Notes: generated by a model from the sequence alone, not told the origin. Shown: positions 21,282 to 31,989, counted from the first letter of the stretch. The stretch: DNA of 64,000 nt from an uncultured cyanobacterium (GCA_963749915.1 CAVVOP010000021.1:448001-512000); one strand, 5' to 3'. Translations and numbers: made by a program.

Positions 21282-22658
21282 ATGACCAAACCCAAAATCG
21301 CTGACCTTCTTAATGAACCCGGTTGCGAACACAATCACAAAAAAGGTAAAGGTAACAATAAGGCTTGTACTCAACAGGCCAAACCGGGTGCCGCTCAAGG
21401 TGGATGTGCCTTTGATGGAGCCTCGATCGCCCTTGTTCCCATTACCGATGCGGCTCACTTAGTTCACGGACCGATCGCCTGTGCGGGCAATTCTTGGGGT
21501 AGTCGCGGGAGTCTTTCCTCTGATGCGACCACCTATAAAATCGGTTTTACCACGGATATTGGGGAAAATGACATTATTTTTGGCGGCGAAAAAAGACTAT
21601 ATCAAGCCATCGGCCAAATTGTCAAAAGCTATAATCCTCCGGCTATCTTTGTTTACTCAACTTGTGTTACTGCACTGATTGGGGATGATTTGGATGCGGT
21701 TTGCGAATCAGCTACTAATAAATATGGCACTCCCATTATTCCAGTTCACGCTCCCGGTTTTGCGGGGAGTAAAAATCTCGGTAACAGGCTAGCTGGGGAA
21801 TCCCTGTTAGATTATGTGGTTGGCACTGCTGAACCTGAATACACTACCCCCTATGATATTAATCTGATTGGGGAATATAACATAGCCGGGGAACTTTGGG
21901 GGGTATTACCCCTCTTTGAAAAAGTGGGGATTCGCGTTCTGGCTAAGATTACTGGCGATGCAACTTTCTCGGAAATTCGTTATGCTCATCGTGCCAAACT
22001 CAATGTGATGATCTGTTCTAAAGCGCTGATTAACATGGGACGAAAAATGGAGGAGCGTTATGGTATTCCTTATATCGAAGAGTCTTTCTATGGTATTGCT
22101 GATATGAACCGCTGTTTACGGAACATTGCCCAAAAATTAGGGGATGAAGCCTTACAACAACGAGTAGAAACTCTGATTGCCGAAGAAACCACCAAACTTG
22201 ATTTAGCTCTTATTCCTTATCGTGCCAAACTCAAAGGCAAAAAAATGGTGCTATATACAGGAGGGGTAAAAAGTTGGTCAGTTATGTCAGCCGCTCAAGA
22301 TTTGGGCATGGAAGTAACCGCAACTAGTACAAAAAAAAGTACTGAAGAGGATAAAGCCAAAATTAAACAGTTATTGGGTAAAAATGGCATTGCTCTGGCT
22401 AAAGGTAATGCTCAAGAATTATTACGAGTTATTGAAAAAACCAAGGCAGATATGCTCGTAGCCGGAGGACGGAATCAATATACAGCCCTCAAAGCTCGTA
22501 TTCCGTTCCTAGATATTAACCAAGAACGCCATAAACCTTACGCCGGATATGTGGGACTGCTGGAAATGGCTAAAGAATTCGATCGCGTCCTTCACAGCCC
22601 TATTTGGCAACAGGTTCGTCAACCAGCACCCTGGGAAACAGTGAACAGTAATCAGTAA
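21282..22658 (+). CDS. nifE: FeMo-co scaffold NifE
   Basis: GGCAFDGA, HGPIAC, YTGGVKSW. Confidence 0.98.
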   Translation: MTKPKIADLLNEPGCEHNHKKGKGNNKACTQQAKPGAAQGGCAFDGASIALVPITDAAHLVHGPIACAGNSWGSRGSLSSDATTYKIGFTTDIGENDIIFGGEKRLYQAIGQIVKSYNPPAIFVYSTCVTALIGDDLDAVCESATNKYGTPIIPVHAPGFAGSKNLGNRLAGESLLDYVVGTAEPEYTTPYDINLIGEYNIAGELWGVLPLFEKVGIRVLAKITGDATFSEIRYAHRAKLNVMICSKALINMGRKMEERYGIPYIEESFYGIADMNRCLRNIAQKLGDEALQQRVETLIAEETTKLDLALIPYRAKLKGKKMVLYTGGVKSWSVMSAAQDLGMEVTATSTKKSTEEDKAKIKQLLGKNGIALAKGNAQELLRVIEKTKADMLVAGGRNQYTALKARIPFLDINQERHKPYAGYVGLLEMAKEFDRVLHSPIWQQVRQPAPWETVNSNQ

Positions 22659-22681
22659 ACAGTTATCAATCTTTAAACGCC

Positions 22682-24028
22682 ATGACTACTACCATTATCA
22701 AAACCAAAAAATCTGTAGCTGTCAATCCCCTCAAACAGAGTCCACCTTTGGGTGCAGCCTTGGCTTTCTTGGGATTGAAGGGAATTGTGCCTTTATTTCA
22801 TGGTTCTCAAGGTTGCACTGCCTTTGCCAAGGTACTGTTAGTGCGACATTTCCGAGAAGCGATTCCCTTAGCAACCACTGCTATGACCGAAGTTTCAACC
22901 ATTTTAGGTGGTGAAGAAAATATTGAACAGGCGATACTAACCCTAGTAGAAAAAGCTCAACCTGAATTGATTGGTTTGCTAACTACAGGGTTAACCGAAA
23001 CCAGGGGGGATGATATGCAAGGGATCCTTAAATCGATTCGTCAGCGTCATCCCGAACTAGATTATTTACCGATTATCTTTGTTTCTACTCCCGATTATAA
23101 AGGGGCTTTGCAAGATGGTTTTGCCGCTGCGGTAAACTCAATTGTTGCTACCGATTATGGTCAAACTATGACGGTAGAAACCTTCCCGGAAAAGCCTTTA
23201 CCAGAACAAATAACTATTTTAGCAGGCTCATTGCTCGGTCCTGGGGATGTGGAGGAAATCAAGGAAATCGTCTCTGCCTTTGGTTTAAAACCCATAGTTA
23301 TCCCTGATTTATCTGGTTCGGTGGATGGACATTTAGATGATGATTACAATACCAAAACCCCAGGGGGTGCTTCCTTATCACAATTACAACAACTAGCTCG
23401 ATCTCAGTTTACTATTGCCATCGGCGAAAGTATGCGTTCGGCGGCGGAAATCTTACAACAAAAATTTGCTACGAGTTATGAAATTTTACCCCGCTTGACA
23501 GGTTTAGGTACAGTAGATCAGTTTTTGTGGTTATTAGCCCAGATTGCTACCAATAAAAATCAAAGAGATTCGCCCCTCTTACCTCGAATACCGCCTAAGT
23601 ACCAACGTCAGCGTCGTCAGCTACAAGATGCCATCCTCGATACCCATTTTTATCTGGGGGGCAAAAAGGTTTCTTTAGCATTAGAACCTGATTTGCTTTA
23701 TCAAACCAGTTGGTTGCTGAAGGAAATGGGAGCGGAAATTCAAGGGGCAGTAACCACTAATAACTCCCCGTTACTCTCAGAATTACCCTTTGAGCAGGTG
23801 ACGATCGGGGATTTAGAAGATTTGGCAGTTTTCGCTGAAGGTTCGGATCTGATCATTACTAATTCCCAAGGAAAAGCCCTTGCTGACAAACTAAACATAC
23901 CCCTTTATCGTCTGGGTTATCCCATTTACGATCGTCTGGGAAATGGTTCTCGTTGTCTCGTGGGCTATCGAGGTACAATGCAATTTTTGTTCGATCTCGG
24001 CAATATTTTTATTGAATTAGGGCATTAA
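22682..24028 (+). CDS. nifN: FeMo-co scaffold NifN
   Basis: NPLKQSPPLG, HGSQGCTAF, LTETRGDD, GYPIYDRLG. Confidence 0.97.
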   Translation: MTTTIIKTKKSVAVNPLKQSPPLGAALAFLGLKGIVPLFHGSQGCTAFAKVLLVRHFREAIPLATTAMTEVSTILGGEENIEQAILTLVEKAQPELIGLLTTGLTETRGDDMQGILKSIRQRHPELDYLPIIFVSTPDYKGALQDGFAAAVNSIVATDYGQTMTVETFPEKPLPEQITILAGSLLGPGDVEEIKEIVSAFGLKPIVIPDLSGSVDGHLDDDYNTKTPGGASLSQLQQLARSQFTIAIGESMRSAAEILQQKFATSYEILPRLTGLGTVDQFLWLLAQIATNKNQRDSPLLPRIPPKYQRQRRQLQDAILDTHFYLGGKKVSLALEPDLLYQTSWLLKEMGAEIQGAVTTNNSPLLSELPFEQVTIGDLEDLAVFAEGSDLIITNSQGKALADKLNIPLYRLGYPIYDRLGNGSRCLVGYRGTMQFLFDLGNIFIELGH

Positions 24029-24126
24029 GAATTGTGAGTGATTTTTTTCTCAAAAATAATCATCAATTTCATTTTTATTCCCAATTTTCTGACCCAGTAA
24101 CTTTGTCAGTTAGTTGTTTTTACTAA

Positions 24127-24180
24127 AAAGCCTTGGGCAAAAAATCCCGAACCTTTGATTTTGATGATGAAGAGGAATAG
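24127..24180 (+). pseudogene. nifX: 3'-end relic of a third nifX copy
   Basis: Encodes KALGKKSRTFDFDDEEE*, matching the nifX tail KALGKRSHTFDFDDEQL at 25055-25107. Confidence 0.8.
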
Positions 24181-24218
24181 TTTTTCCCGCCATACTCAAA
24201 ATTAACTACTAATTAATT

Positions 24219-24692
24219 ATGACTACTACTATTGTTAAACCGGAAATTGATACTAGCATCATTGAACAAAGTGCTTTTCTCCAAGAATTAGTGCTTCAAG
24301 TACGAGCAAGGGACCATCATAACATTTATCGCAGTTGCCAAGATGAGTTGATCCTAGCTAATTACTTGATCACCAAAGACAAGAAAAACCAAATTTTGGT
24401 AAAACGAGATGTGGATTCACTCACCGAATTAAAGATTTTCTGTTTTTATCAAGCGATCGCCTCTGGAATCGAAAAACAAACGGGCAAATTCTCTCAAGTG
24501 GTGATGAGTCTTTCCCCTGAAGGCTTTGGCAAAGCCAGTATCTGGACAGGTCCTCTCATAGTATTGTCTCGTACTTTGAAAAACGCTCAGTATTTTGGCT
24601 ATCCTTCCCTGAAGAGATTGGCATCTCAAGGTGAAACATTGGTTAATTTTGGCATCAAAACCAGCGATTTATTAGCAATAACTAATATTTAG
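24219..24692 (+). CDS. NifX-associated DUF269 protein, divergent copy
   Basis: Clear paralog of 25605-26081 (FLQELVLQVRA, IEKQTGK, EGFG, FGYPSL). Confidence 0.88.
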   Translation: MTTTIVKPEIDTSIIEQSAFLQELVLQVRARDHHNIYRSCQDELILANYLITKDKKNQILVKRDVDSLTELKIFCFYQAIASGIEKQTGKFSQVVMSLSPEGFGKASIWTGPLIVLSRTLKNAQYFGYPSLKRLASQGETLVNFGIKTSDLLAITNI

Positions 24693-24705
24693 GAGATTTG
24701 AAACC

Positions 24706-25107
24706 ATGAAAGTTGCCTTTGCTACCCAAGATAACGTTCATATCAATGCTCACTTTGGTTGGGCAAAAAAAGTAGATATTTATGATGTTTCTTCTGAAGG
24801 TTATGAATTCCTCAACACGGTTGAGTTTGGCGGTGATCTTAAAGAAGACGGCAACGAGGACAAGTTGATTCCCAAAATTAAGGCTGTTAGTGGTTGTCAA
24901 ATTGTTTATGTTTCTGCCATTGGAAGCAGTGCGGCCTCTAGTCTCTTAAAACATAATGTTACCGCTCTAAAAGTTGAAAACCAAGACAATCGAATTACCG
25001 ATGTTCTCAACAGTTTGGTAGAAACATTAGATAGTCCTCCTCCTTGGTTGCGTAAAGCCTTGGGTAAAAGATCCCACACCTTTGATTTCGACGATGAACA
25101 GTTATAG
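24706..25107 (+). CDS. nifX: NifX, copy 1
   Basis: INAHFGWAK, EDGNEDKL, PPPWLRKAL. Confidence 0.93.
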   Translation: MKVAFATQDNVHINAHFGWAKKVDIYDVSSEGYEFLNTVEFGGDLKEDGNEDKLIPKIKAVSGCQIVYVSAIGSSAASSLLKHNVTALKVENQDNRITDVLNSLVETLDSPPPWLRKALGKRSHTFDFDDEQL

Positions 25108-25139
25108 AGAGATAACTAATATTTAGGAGATTTGAAACT

Positions 25140-25544
25140 ATGAAAGTTGCCTTTGTCACCCAAGATAACGTTCACATCAATGCTCACTTTGGTTGGGCAA
25201 AAAAAGTAGATATTTATGATGTCTCTTCTGAAGGGTACGACTTCCTCAACACAGTTGAATTTGGCGGAGAACTAAAAGAAGATGGCAACGAAGACAAATT
25301 AATGCCCAAAATGAATGCAGTTGCCGATTGCACGATCGTCTATGTTTCAGCGATCGGAGGCAGTGCTGCATCTCGTTTACTTAAAAACAAGATTACTCCC
25401 CTAAAAGCGGAAAACCAAGAAGATGAAATCGCCGATGTTCTCGACAGTTTAGTGAAAACATTGGATAATCCGCCTCCTTGGTTGCGCAAAGCTCTGGGTA
25501 AAAATGCTTCTAGGTTTGATTTCGAGGAGCAAGAAGAATTGTAG
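25140..25544 (+). CDS. nifX: NifX, copy 2
   Basis: INAHFGWAK, SAIGGSAA, PPPWLRKAL. Confidence 0.95.
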   Translation: MKVAFVTQDNVHINAHFGWAKKVDIYDVSSEGYDFLNTVEFGGELKEDGNEDKLMPKMNAVADCTIVYVSAIGGSAASRLLKNKITPLKAENQEDEIADVLDSLVKTLDNPPPWLRKALGKNASRFDFEEQEEL

Positions 25545-25604
25545 GAATTTAGAATTACCCTCTCCTGGCTACTTACTCCTAGTAAAAATTAACGACAAAC
25601 AATT

Positions 25605-26081
25605 ATGACTACTACAATTACTAGACCGGAAACTACTACTAACATTGTTGAAGAGAGTAACTTTCTTCAAGAGCTAGTACTTCAAGTGCGTGCTCAAGAT
25701 CATTATGGCGTTTATCGCAGTTGGAAAGATGAATTGGTACTAGCCAATTATGTGGTTAGTAAAGATAAGAAAAGTAAGATTTCTGTGGAAGGAGATGTTG
25801 ATCCCGCCACGCAATTAAGGATTCTCTGTTTCTATCGAGCGATCGCCGCTTGTATCGAAAAACAAACGGGTAAACTCTGTCAAGTTGTGATTGATCTTTC
25901 CCATGAAGGCTTTGGCTGGGCAATTATCTGGACTGGGCGCTTGCTGGTATTATCTCGCACCCTAAGGGATTCTCAACGCTTTGGCTATCCTTCCCTCCAG
26001 AAATTGGCGGCTCAGGGGGAAAGATTGGTCGATTCGGGGATCAAAAACATCGAGAAGTTTCCGGAAGCGGCGAATGCTTAG
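25605..26081 (+). CDS. NifX-associated DUF269 protein, canonical copy
   Basis: RAQDHYGVYRSW, LSHEGFGWA, TLRDSQRFG. Confidence 0.92.
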   Translation: MTTTITRPETTTNIVEESNFLQELVLQVRAQDHYGVYRSWKDELVLANYVVSKDKKSKISVEGDVDPATQLRILCFYRAIAACIEKQTGKLCQVVIDLSHEGFGWAIIWTGRLLVLSRTLRDSQRFGYPSLQKLAAQGERLVDSGIKNIEKFPEAANA

Positions 26082-26132
26082 ATTCCTTTAACAGTAAATA
26101 GTTATCAGTTGATTGAGCATCAAAACACGAAC

Positions 26133-26369
26133 ATGATTACAGTTGAAGTAAACACCCCAACCCCCGAAGCTGTTGCTGAGTTAAAGAAAAAAATCAAACG
26201 TCTCAACAGTAAGGCTGGGCAAATGAAGATGGATTTACACGATCTCGCCGAAGGTTTGCCCACAGATTACCACCTCCTTATTGAGGAAGCGACTAAAACT
26301 TACGATATTTATCGTGAATTAGCCGAACTCAAACAACAATTAAAAGCTTGGGAGAAGCAATTATCATGA
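26133..26369 (+). CDS. DUF683 / CCE_0567-family (Rop-like) protein
   Basis: KAGQMKMDLHDLAEGLP. Confidence 0.9.
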   Translation: MITVEVNTPTPEAVAELKKKIKRLNSKAGQMKMDLHDLAEGLPTDYHLLIEEATKTYDIYRELAELKQQLKAWEKQLS

Positions 26370-26713
26370 TTATGACTAACAGTAAACCAAAAACCTTAAC
26401 AGCATTCCAAAACTTAGTAGATGCGGAAGATTACTTACAATTTTTTGACATCGAATATGATCGCGATTTTGTTAATATCAATCGCCTCCATATTTTAAAG
26501 CAATTTTCTCTGCTGATTAAGGAAGTAGATCAAGCTTTTCCCGAAGTCAGGGAAACAGAAAGATTAGAGAAATATGCAAGTGCCTTGGAGGAAGCTTATC
26601 AGGTTTTCTTAACCTCTAGTCCTCTGGAAACCAAGTTATTTAAAGTATTTCAAAGCAAACCGAAAAACTTTGTTTCCTTAGAAGAGCTAACCAAAAAGAC
26701 CACGGGAAAATAA
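26366..26713 (+). CDS. nifW: NifW
   Basis: AEDYLQFF, INRLHILKQF, KLFKVF. Confidence 0.93.
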   Translation: MIMTNSKPKTLTAFQNLVDAEDYLQFFDIEYDRDFVNINRLHILKQFSLLIKEVDQAFPEVRETERLEKYASALEEAYQVFLTSSPLETKLFKVFQSKPKNFVSLEELTKKTTGK

Positions 26714-26748
26714 GCCAAAACCAATAACGTAACGGAGGACAATGAATA

Positions 26749-27534
26749 ATGTTAACACCGAAAGAATTAGAACGCTATAGCCGACAGATACAGCTTCCTG
26801 GTTTAGGCAAAGAAGGACAGAAAGCGCTAAAAAATACCACTGCTCTGGTTTCTGGGGTAGGGGGTTTGGGCGGTACTGTCGCTGTTTACCTAGCGGTTGC
26901 TGGTATTGGTAAGTTAATTCTAGTTCGAGGTGGTGGGTTACGTCTCGATGATCTGAATCGTCAGATTTTGATGAGCGATGACTGGGTGGGTAAACCTAGA
27001 GTTATCAAAGCTAAAGAAACTCTCACCCAGATTAATCCTGACGTAGAAGTTGAGGCGATCTCCGAATATATCACGGCGGATAATGTCAATTCTCTTGTCC
27101 AACGTTGTGATCTTGCCCTCAGTTGTGCTCATAATTTTCCCGAACGAGATTTACTCAATGCTGCCTGCGTGAGTTGGCAGAAGCCCATGGTAGAAGCTGC
27201 CATGAATAGCATGGAGGCTTATTTAACCACTATAGTTCCAGGTAAAACCCCTTGTCTGTGTTGTTTGTTCCCGGAAAAACCCGACTGGAATCGCCGTGAC
27301 TTCGGCGTACTCGGTGCGGTTTCTGGAACTCTTGCCTGTCTAACTGCCTTAGAAGCAATCAAGCTAATTACTGGGTTAGGGAAACCTCTTTTGGGACAGT
27401 TACTCAATATGGATTTAGCTAATCTCGAGTTTCGCAAACTCCGTCTGTACAAAGATCCTGATTGTCCAGTCTGTGGAAAAGCTTCTAGTGATGCAGTGAG
27501 ACAAGTAGATCGAACAGCAGTTTTATCCCCCTAA
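26749..27534 (+). CDS. hesA: HesA (MoeB/ThiF family)
   Basis: RYSRQ, GVGGLG, LNRQ, CLCC and CPVC. Confidence 0.92.
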   Translation: MLTPKELERYSRQIQLPGLGKEGQKALKNTTALVSGVGGLGGTVAVYLAVAGIGKLILVRGGGLRLDDLNRQILMSDDWVGKPRVIKAKETLTQINPDVEVEAISEYITADNVNSLVQRCDLALSCAHNFPERDLLNAACVSWQKPMVEAAMNSMEAYLTTIVPGKTPCLCCLFPEKPDWNRRDFGVLGAVSGTLACLTALEAIKLITGLGKPLLGQLLNMDLANLEFRKLRLYKDPDCPVCGKASSDAVRQVDRTAVLSP

Positions 27535-27627
27535 ATCTCTCTTTAAAAGAAAAACTTTCCCTAACAACACAGCTTAAAACTAACAACAAACTAATCTTAC
27601 AAACAAATAACTAAAAGGAGAATTTCC

Positions 27628-27996
27628 ATGACAGTTTTCTTAACCGAAAAAGCCGCTTTCAGACTTCGTAGCTTTATCCGTGCTAATACGGATGAAACTA
27701 CTCCTGAAAAAGGAGTTCGCGTAGCCGCAGTTGATGGCGGATGTAGTGGCTTCGAATATGCTTTAGATGTTGTTGATCGTCCCCAGAGCGATGATCTAAT
27801 TTATGAACAAGATAAAGTCAAAATTTACCTCGATCATAAAAGTGCTCCCTTCTTAAATGGTATTGTCATTGACTTTGTGGAAAGTCTAACTCAAGCTGGA
27901 TTCACTTTTGAAAATCCTAATGCTACGGATAGCTGTGGTTGTGGCAAATCTTTCTCGGTGGCAGATTGCACTCCCGAACCTGTGCCCTGCAGCTAA
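27628..27996 (+). CDS. hesB: HesB / IscA-type Fe-S carrier
   Basis: GGCSGFEY and CGCGKSF. Confidence 0.93.
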   Translation: MTVFLTEKAAFRLRSFIRANTDETTPEKGVRVAAVDGGCSGFEYALDVVDRPQSDDLIYEQDKVKIYLDHKSAPFLNGIVIDFVESLTQAGFTFENPNATDSCGCGKSFSVADCTPEPVPCS

Positions 27997-28034
27997 CCTG
28001 GATTATTCACCAAAATCAATAACAAAATAATTGA

Positions 28035-28367
<333 letters not shown>

Positions 28368-28447
28368 ATAAATCGTCATTGGTTCCTCTTTGTTTGTTCT
28401 TCTCTTTGAGTTACTCATGACCAATAACTGAAAAATACACAAGACCA

Positions 28448-28825
28448 ATGACCAAAAACAAAAAAATCTGGAAACAAGTTGTTTATAAAATTGGGGTTTG
28501 GATAACCGCCGAAATTTGGCTCAATCTGATCGGATTAGATAACATTGCTGATTACAGTGAGTTTACTTTTGCTCAAGATTTAGACATAAATCTGAAAAAT
28601 GACAGAAAGGTCAAAATTACTCAGTATCCACCCCAATTTTGTCCTCAGGTAAATGATTTTTGCCCTATACCACCAACAGTAGCTAACCCAACAGATCTGG
28701 CAGAAGATAGCTGTAAGGTTAAAGTGGAAATATTCAAAAACAAATGCCAACAACTTGCACAACCTTGTCTAAAAATAGTGTGTTTCCTGAGCTCATACAC
28801 ATCCAATATTATTAATCAACCATAA
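28448..28825 (+). CDS. Hypothetical protein
   Basis: Co-oriented ORF with Cys-rich C-terminal half. Confidence 0.5.
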   Translation: MTKNKKIWKQVVYKIGVWITAEIWLNLIGLDNIADYSEFTFAQDLDINLKNDRKVKITQYPPQFCPQVNDFCPIPPTVANPTDLAEDSCKVKVEIFKNKCQQLAQPCLKIVCFLSSYTSNIINQP

Positions 28826-28838
28826 TTTATTAATTAAG

Positions 28839-29189
28839 TTGATAATGATTAATCAAGAACAATTCACTAAAGAATATATCAGGATTATCAACAATTATTA
28901 TCCCACGGCGGGTCGATTATTACGCCGTTGTTTGCTAAAAATTCTCAAGTTAAATGTCTATCACGCTAATAAGTATTCTTACTATTTAGCTATTTATTAT
29001 CCAGAGCGATTAGGTGCTCGTTTATTAGAGCAACAAGACCTTTTTAGAGAAGCAGCAGAAAATATGGGATTACTAGAAGTAGTTTTTAAAAATGCTAACC
29101 ATTTAGTCAAAGACCCACTTTCGAGCATAAAACAGCAAGATTTCCGTTTCTGGTTAGAGTTATGTTGGATTGCCAATGATGCCGACTAA
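28839..29189 (+). CDS. Hypothetical protein
   Basis: Co-oriented ORF. Confidence 0.55.
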   Translation: MIMINQEQFTKEYIRIINNYYPTAGRLLRRCLLKILKLNVYHANKYSYYLAIYYPERLGARLLEQQDLFREAAENMGLLEVVFKNANHLVKDPLSSIKQQDFRFWLELCWIANDAD

Positions 29190-29203
29190 TTTTTTTAAGG
29201 AGG

Positions 29204-29431
29204 ATGAAGATGTTAGTAATTAGTTTACTTGTTTTATCAATATTTATAGTAGCAATTATTTTAAGTATTCATAATAGTGATGAAGTTCACCAACTAGTTG
29301 CTTTTTTATCGATATTTATTACTCTGATTTGTGTGTTTATCTTAACTCCTCTTCTGCTAAAAGGTGTATTGGTATTATTGTTTTTTACTATAGGAAATAA
29401 AATATTTCCTGCTCATCGCAGTTTAAAATAA
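29204..29431 (+). CDS. Small hydrophobic membrane protein
   Basis: AGGAGG RBS; hydrophobic segments. Confidence 0.55.
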   Translation: MKMLVISLLVLSIFIVAIILSIHNSDEVHQLVAFLSIFITLICVFILTPLLLKGVLVLLFFTIGNKIFPAHRSLK

Positions 29432-29695
29432 TCTTTTATCACTTATTATTCACTGATCATTATAGTAGCTAACATTGAATTTTATCAATCTCAATTCTAG
29501 TAACTATATATATAGCAGTCCTAAATACTCTGTAGCAAAAATCGAGAGCGATAGAGAAAACAAATATTAGATAACTCAGGATAAATAATCAACTTAGAAA
29601 TAATAAAAGACTGATAATTAATGACAGTTTTGTATCTATATTTACGGTTATTTAAAAAGTTATTGTTAAGATAAAATATTAATGAAAAAAATAAA

Positions 29696-30322
29696 ATGGA
29701 TTGTCACGACTGTTATCAAAACTGTCAATCAAAAAGACAGAATACAGGGTGGAAATTATTTGGTTTTGGCTCGAGAAAATCAGCAAGAAAAAATTTTTCC
29801 CACCACTCTCAAACCACTATTGCTTTAGTCGGTTCACCCAATGTTGGTAAGAGTTTATTGTTTAACCTCTTAACTGGGACCTACGTAACGGTTTCTAATT
29901 ATCCGGGGACAACAGTAGAAGTAGCCCGAGGCAATGCCATAATTGCTGGAGAAAACATCACCTTTCTCGATACACCGGGCATGTATTCGCTGATTCCGAT
30001 TACCGAAGAAGAGAACGTCGCCAGAAATTTAATTATGAACCAGACAGTGAATTTAGTAATTCACGTCGTCGATGCTAAACATTTAGGCAGAATGCTTAAT
30101 CTTACCCTGCAATTAATAGAAGCTCAATTACCAGTATTACTGGTAGTCAATATGATTGACGAGGCGCAAAAATTAGGCATTGGGGTAGATGAAAATCAAT
30201 TAGCCTACCAACTAGGGATTCCTGTTATCACTATGGCAGCAGCACAAAAATTAGGACTGAAAAAATTAACTGCAAAGGTAGCCGATTATGTCCAGTCAAC
30301 TTCTTTATCCGCCACTTATTGA
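29696..30322 (+). CDS. feoB: FeoB GTPase domain (split feoB, N part)
   Basis: GSPNVGKS, NYPGTTV, DTPG, VNMID; N-terminal CHDC..C. Confidence 0.9.
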   Translation: MDCHDCYQNCQSKRQNTGWKLFGFGSRKSARKNFSHHSQTTIALVGSPNVGKSLLFNLLTGTYVTVSNYPGTTVEVARGNAIIAGENITFLDTPGMYSLIPITEEENVARNLIMNQTVNLVIHVVDAKHLGRMLNLTLQLIEAQLPVLLVVNMIDEAQKLGIGVDENQLAYQLGIPVITMAAAQKLGLKKLTAKVADYVQSTSLSATY

Positions 30323-31730
30323 AGTCGCAATTGCTCGCATTGAGTCTTTACTGAGTGATCAGGCGGAAAACCAAATTTCCCGACGCAGTCTTGCTCTTTT
30401 ACTACTGCAACAAGACCCCATCTTGCGCTCGCAGCTAGAGCAAGAACCCTATTTTCCTGAAATTGAGAGGGTTATTAACGAGACTCAGGCAGGGATGTCT
30501 GAATCATTAAGTTTTGCCATTGCCCAATCCCGTCATCAATTAGCGATGGCGATTGAACAAGATGTTACGATTCAACCGCAACAGCCAAGAGCTTTTAAGT
30601 ATGAGTGGTTGCATCAGTTAACCGTTCATCCCTTAACGGGAATTCCCCTGCTTGCTTTAGTTCTCTACTTCGGTGTCTATCAATTTGTTGGGGTATTTGG
30701 TGGGGGAATATTAGTCGATGGGATTGAAGGATTTTTTGAGTCCCAGATTAATCCTGTGGTTAATACCGTTGTCGCTGTCATTTTCCCCTGGCAAATCATT
30801 CAAGATTTGTTGGCTAACGATTATGGAATTATTACTTTAGGAATTCGATATGCTGTCGCCATCGTCTTACCCATTGTCACGACTTTCTTTTTAATGTTTT
30901 CCCTCTTAGAAGATAGTGGTTATTTACCCCGTCTATCTTTACTGGTAGATGGATTGTTTAAAATCATCGGACTTTCAGGGCGATCGGTTATTCCTCTAAT
31001 TTTAGGATTAGGCTGTGGTACTATGGCAACTCTAGTCACTCGCACCCTCGAAAGTAAACGAGAACGAATTATTGCTACTTTACTCTTAGCTCTAACTATT
31101 CCCTGTTCAGCTCAACTAGGGGTTATTTTAGGCTTACTTTCCCAAGAACCTACTGCTCTATTTATCTGGGCTGTGGTGATGGTGGCAATCTTTTTGGGCA
31201 TTGGTTTTTTGGCAGGGAGAATTATACCCGGAAAAGCCTCTTGTTTCTATATGGAGATTCCCCCCTTAAGAGTGCCGAGTCTCGAAGCTATTCTCACTAA
31301 AACCTATGTGCGTCTTAAATGGTACTTTGGTGAAATTTTGCCGTTGTTTATCTTGGCTTCAATTTTAATTTGGGCAGGTAAACTTACGGGGTTATTCGAT
31401 GTTTTAGTCAGAGGATTAGAACCAGTAATGCTGTGGTTGGGATTACCCCAAGAATCCGCCCCAACGTTTTTATATGGCTTTTTCCGTCGTGACTACGGGG
31501 CAGCAGGAATGTTTGACTTGCACTCTTCGGGAATTTTGGCTGGTCAACAATTAGTAGTAGCTTCTGTAACACTAACTCTCTTTATTCCCTGTATCGCTCA
31601 ATTACAATTTATGGTGAAAGAAAGGGGAGTAAAAAATACAATTGCGATCGCTAGTTTTGTCGTTTTCTTTGCCTTTTCTTTAGGCTATGTTCTCAATCAA
31701 TTATTAACTATTCTGGAGGTTAGCTTTTAA
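30288..31730 (+). CDS. feoB: FeoB membrane domain (split feoB, C part)
   Basis: LEDSGYLPR, LGLGC, IPCSAQ, FYMEIPP. Confidence 0.9.
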   Translation: MSSQLLYPPLIEVAIARIESLLSDQAENQISRRSLALLLLQQDPILRSQLEQEPYFPEIERVINETQAGMSESLSFAIAQSRHQLAMAIEQDVTIQPQQPRAFKYEWLHQLTVHPLTGIPLLALVLYFGVYQFVGVFGGGILVDGIEGFFESQINPVVNTVVAVIFPWQIIQDLLANDYGIITLGIRYAVAIVLPIVTTFFLMFSLLEDSGYLPRLSLLVDGLFKIIGLSGRSVIPLILGLGCGTMATLVTRTLESKRERIIATLLLALTIPCSAQLGVILGLLSQEPTALFIWAVVMVAIFLGIGFLAGRIIPGKASCFYMEIPPLRVPSLEAILTKTYVRLKWYFGEILPLFILASILIWAGKLTGLFDVLVRGLEPVMLWLGLPQESAPTFLYGFFRRDYGAAGMFDLHSSGILAGQQLVVASVTLTLFIPCIAQLQFMVKERGVKNTIAIASFVVFFAFSLGYVLNQLLTILEVSF

Positions 31731-31731
31731 A

Positions 31732-31989
31732 ATGTTTACTCAAGGTTTCTCCGTTCACTATTCTCCCCTAAATTTCTTGGCAACTAAAACCGAAGGTATT
31801 ATTACTGGCATTAGAAATAAAGACGACAAAATTGTCAGAAAGCTGTTGTCAATGGGAATTAATGCAGGAATGCCTATCACCTTGGAACAAAAATTCCCTT
31901 CTTTTGTGATTAGAGTAGGTCAAACTCGAATTGCCCTCGATCAAGAGATTGCTAGTTCGATTAAGGTTAAAGTTACTACAAAAAATTAG
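31732..31989 (+). CDS. feoA: FeoA
   Basis: RKLLSMGI..G motif; follows feoB. Confidence 0.88.
   Translation: MFTQGFSVHYSPLNFLATKTEGIITGIRNKDDKIVRKLLSMGINAGMPITLEQKFPSFVIRVGQTRIALDQEIASSIKVKVTTKN

Noticed and set aside
29696..31730. Frameshifted feoB pseudogene
   Set aside because: The second ORF has its own ATG, both halves keep their motifs, and split feoB is known in cyanobacterial nif clusters
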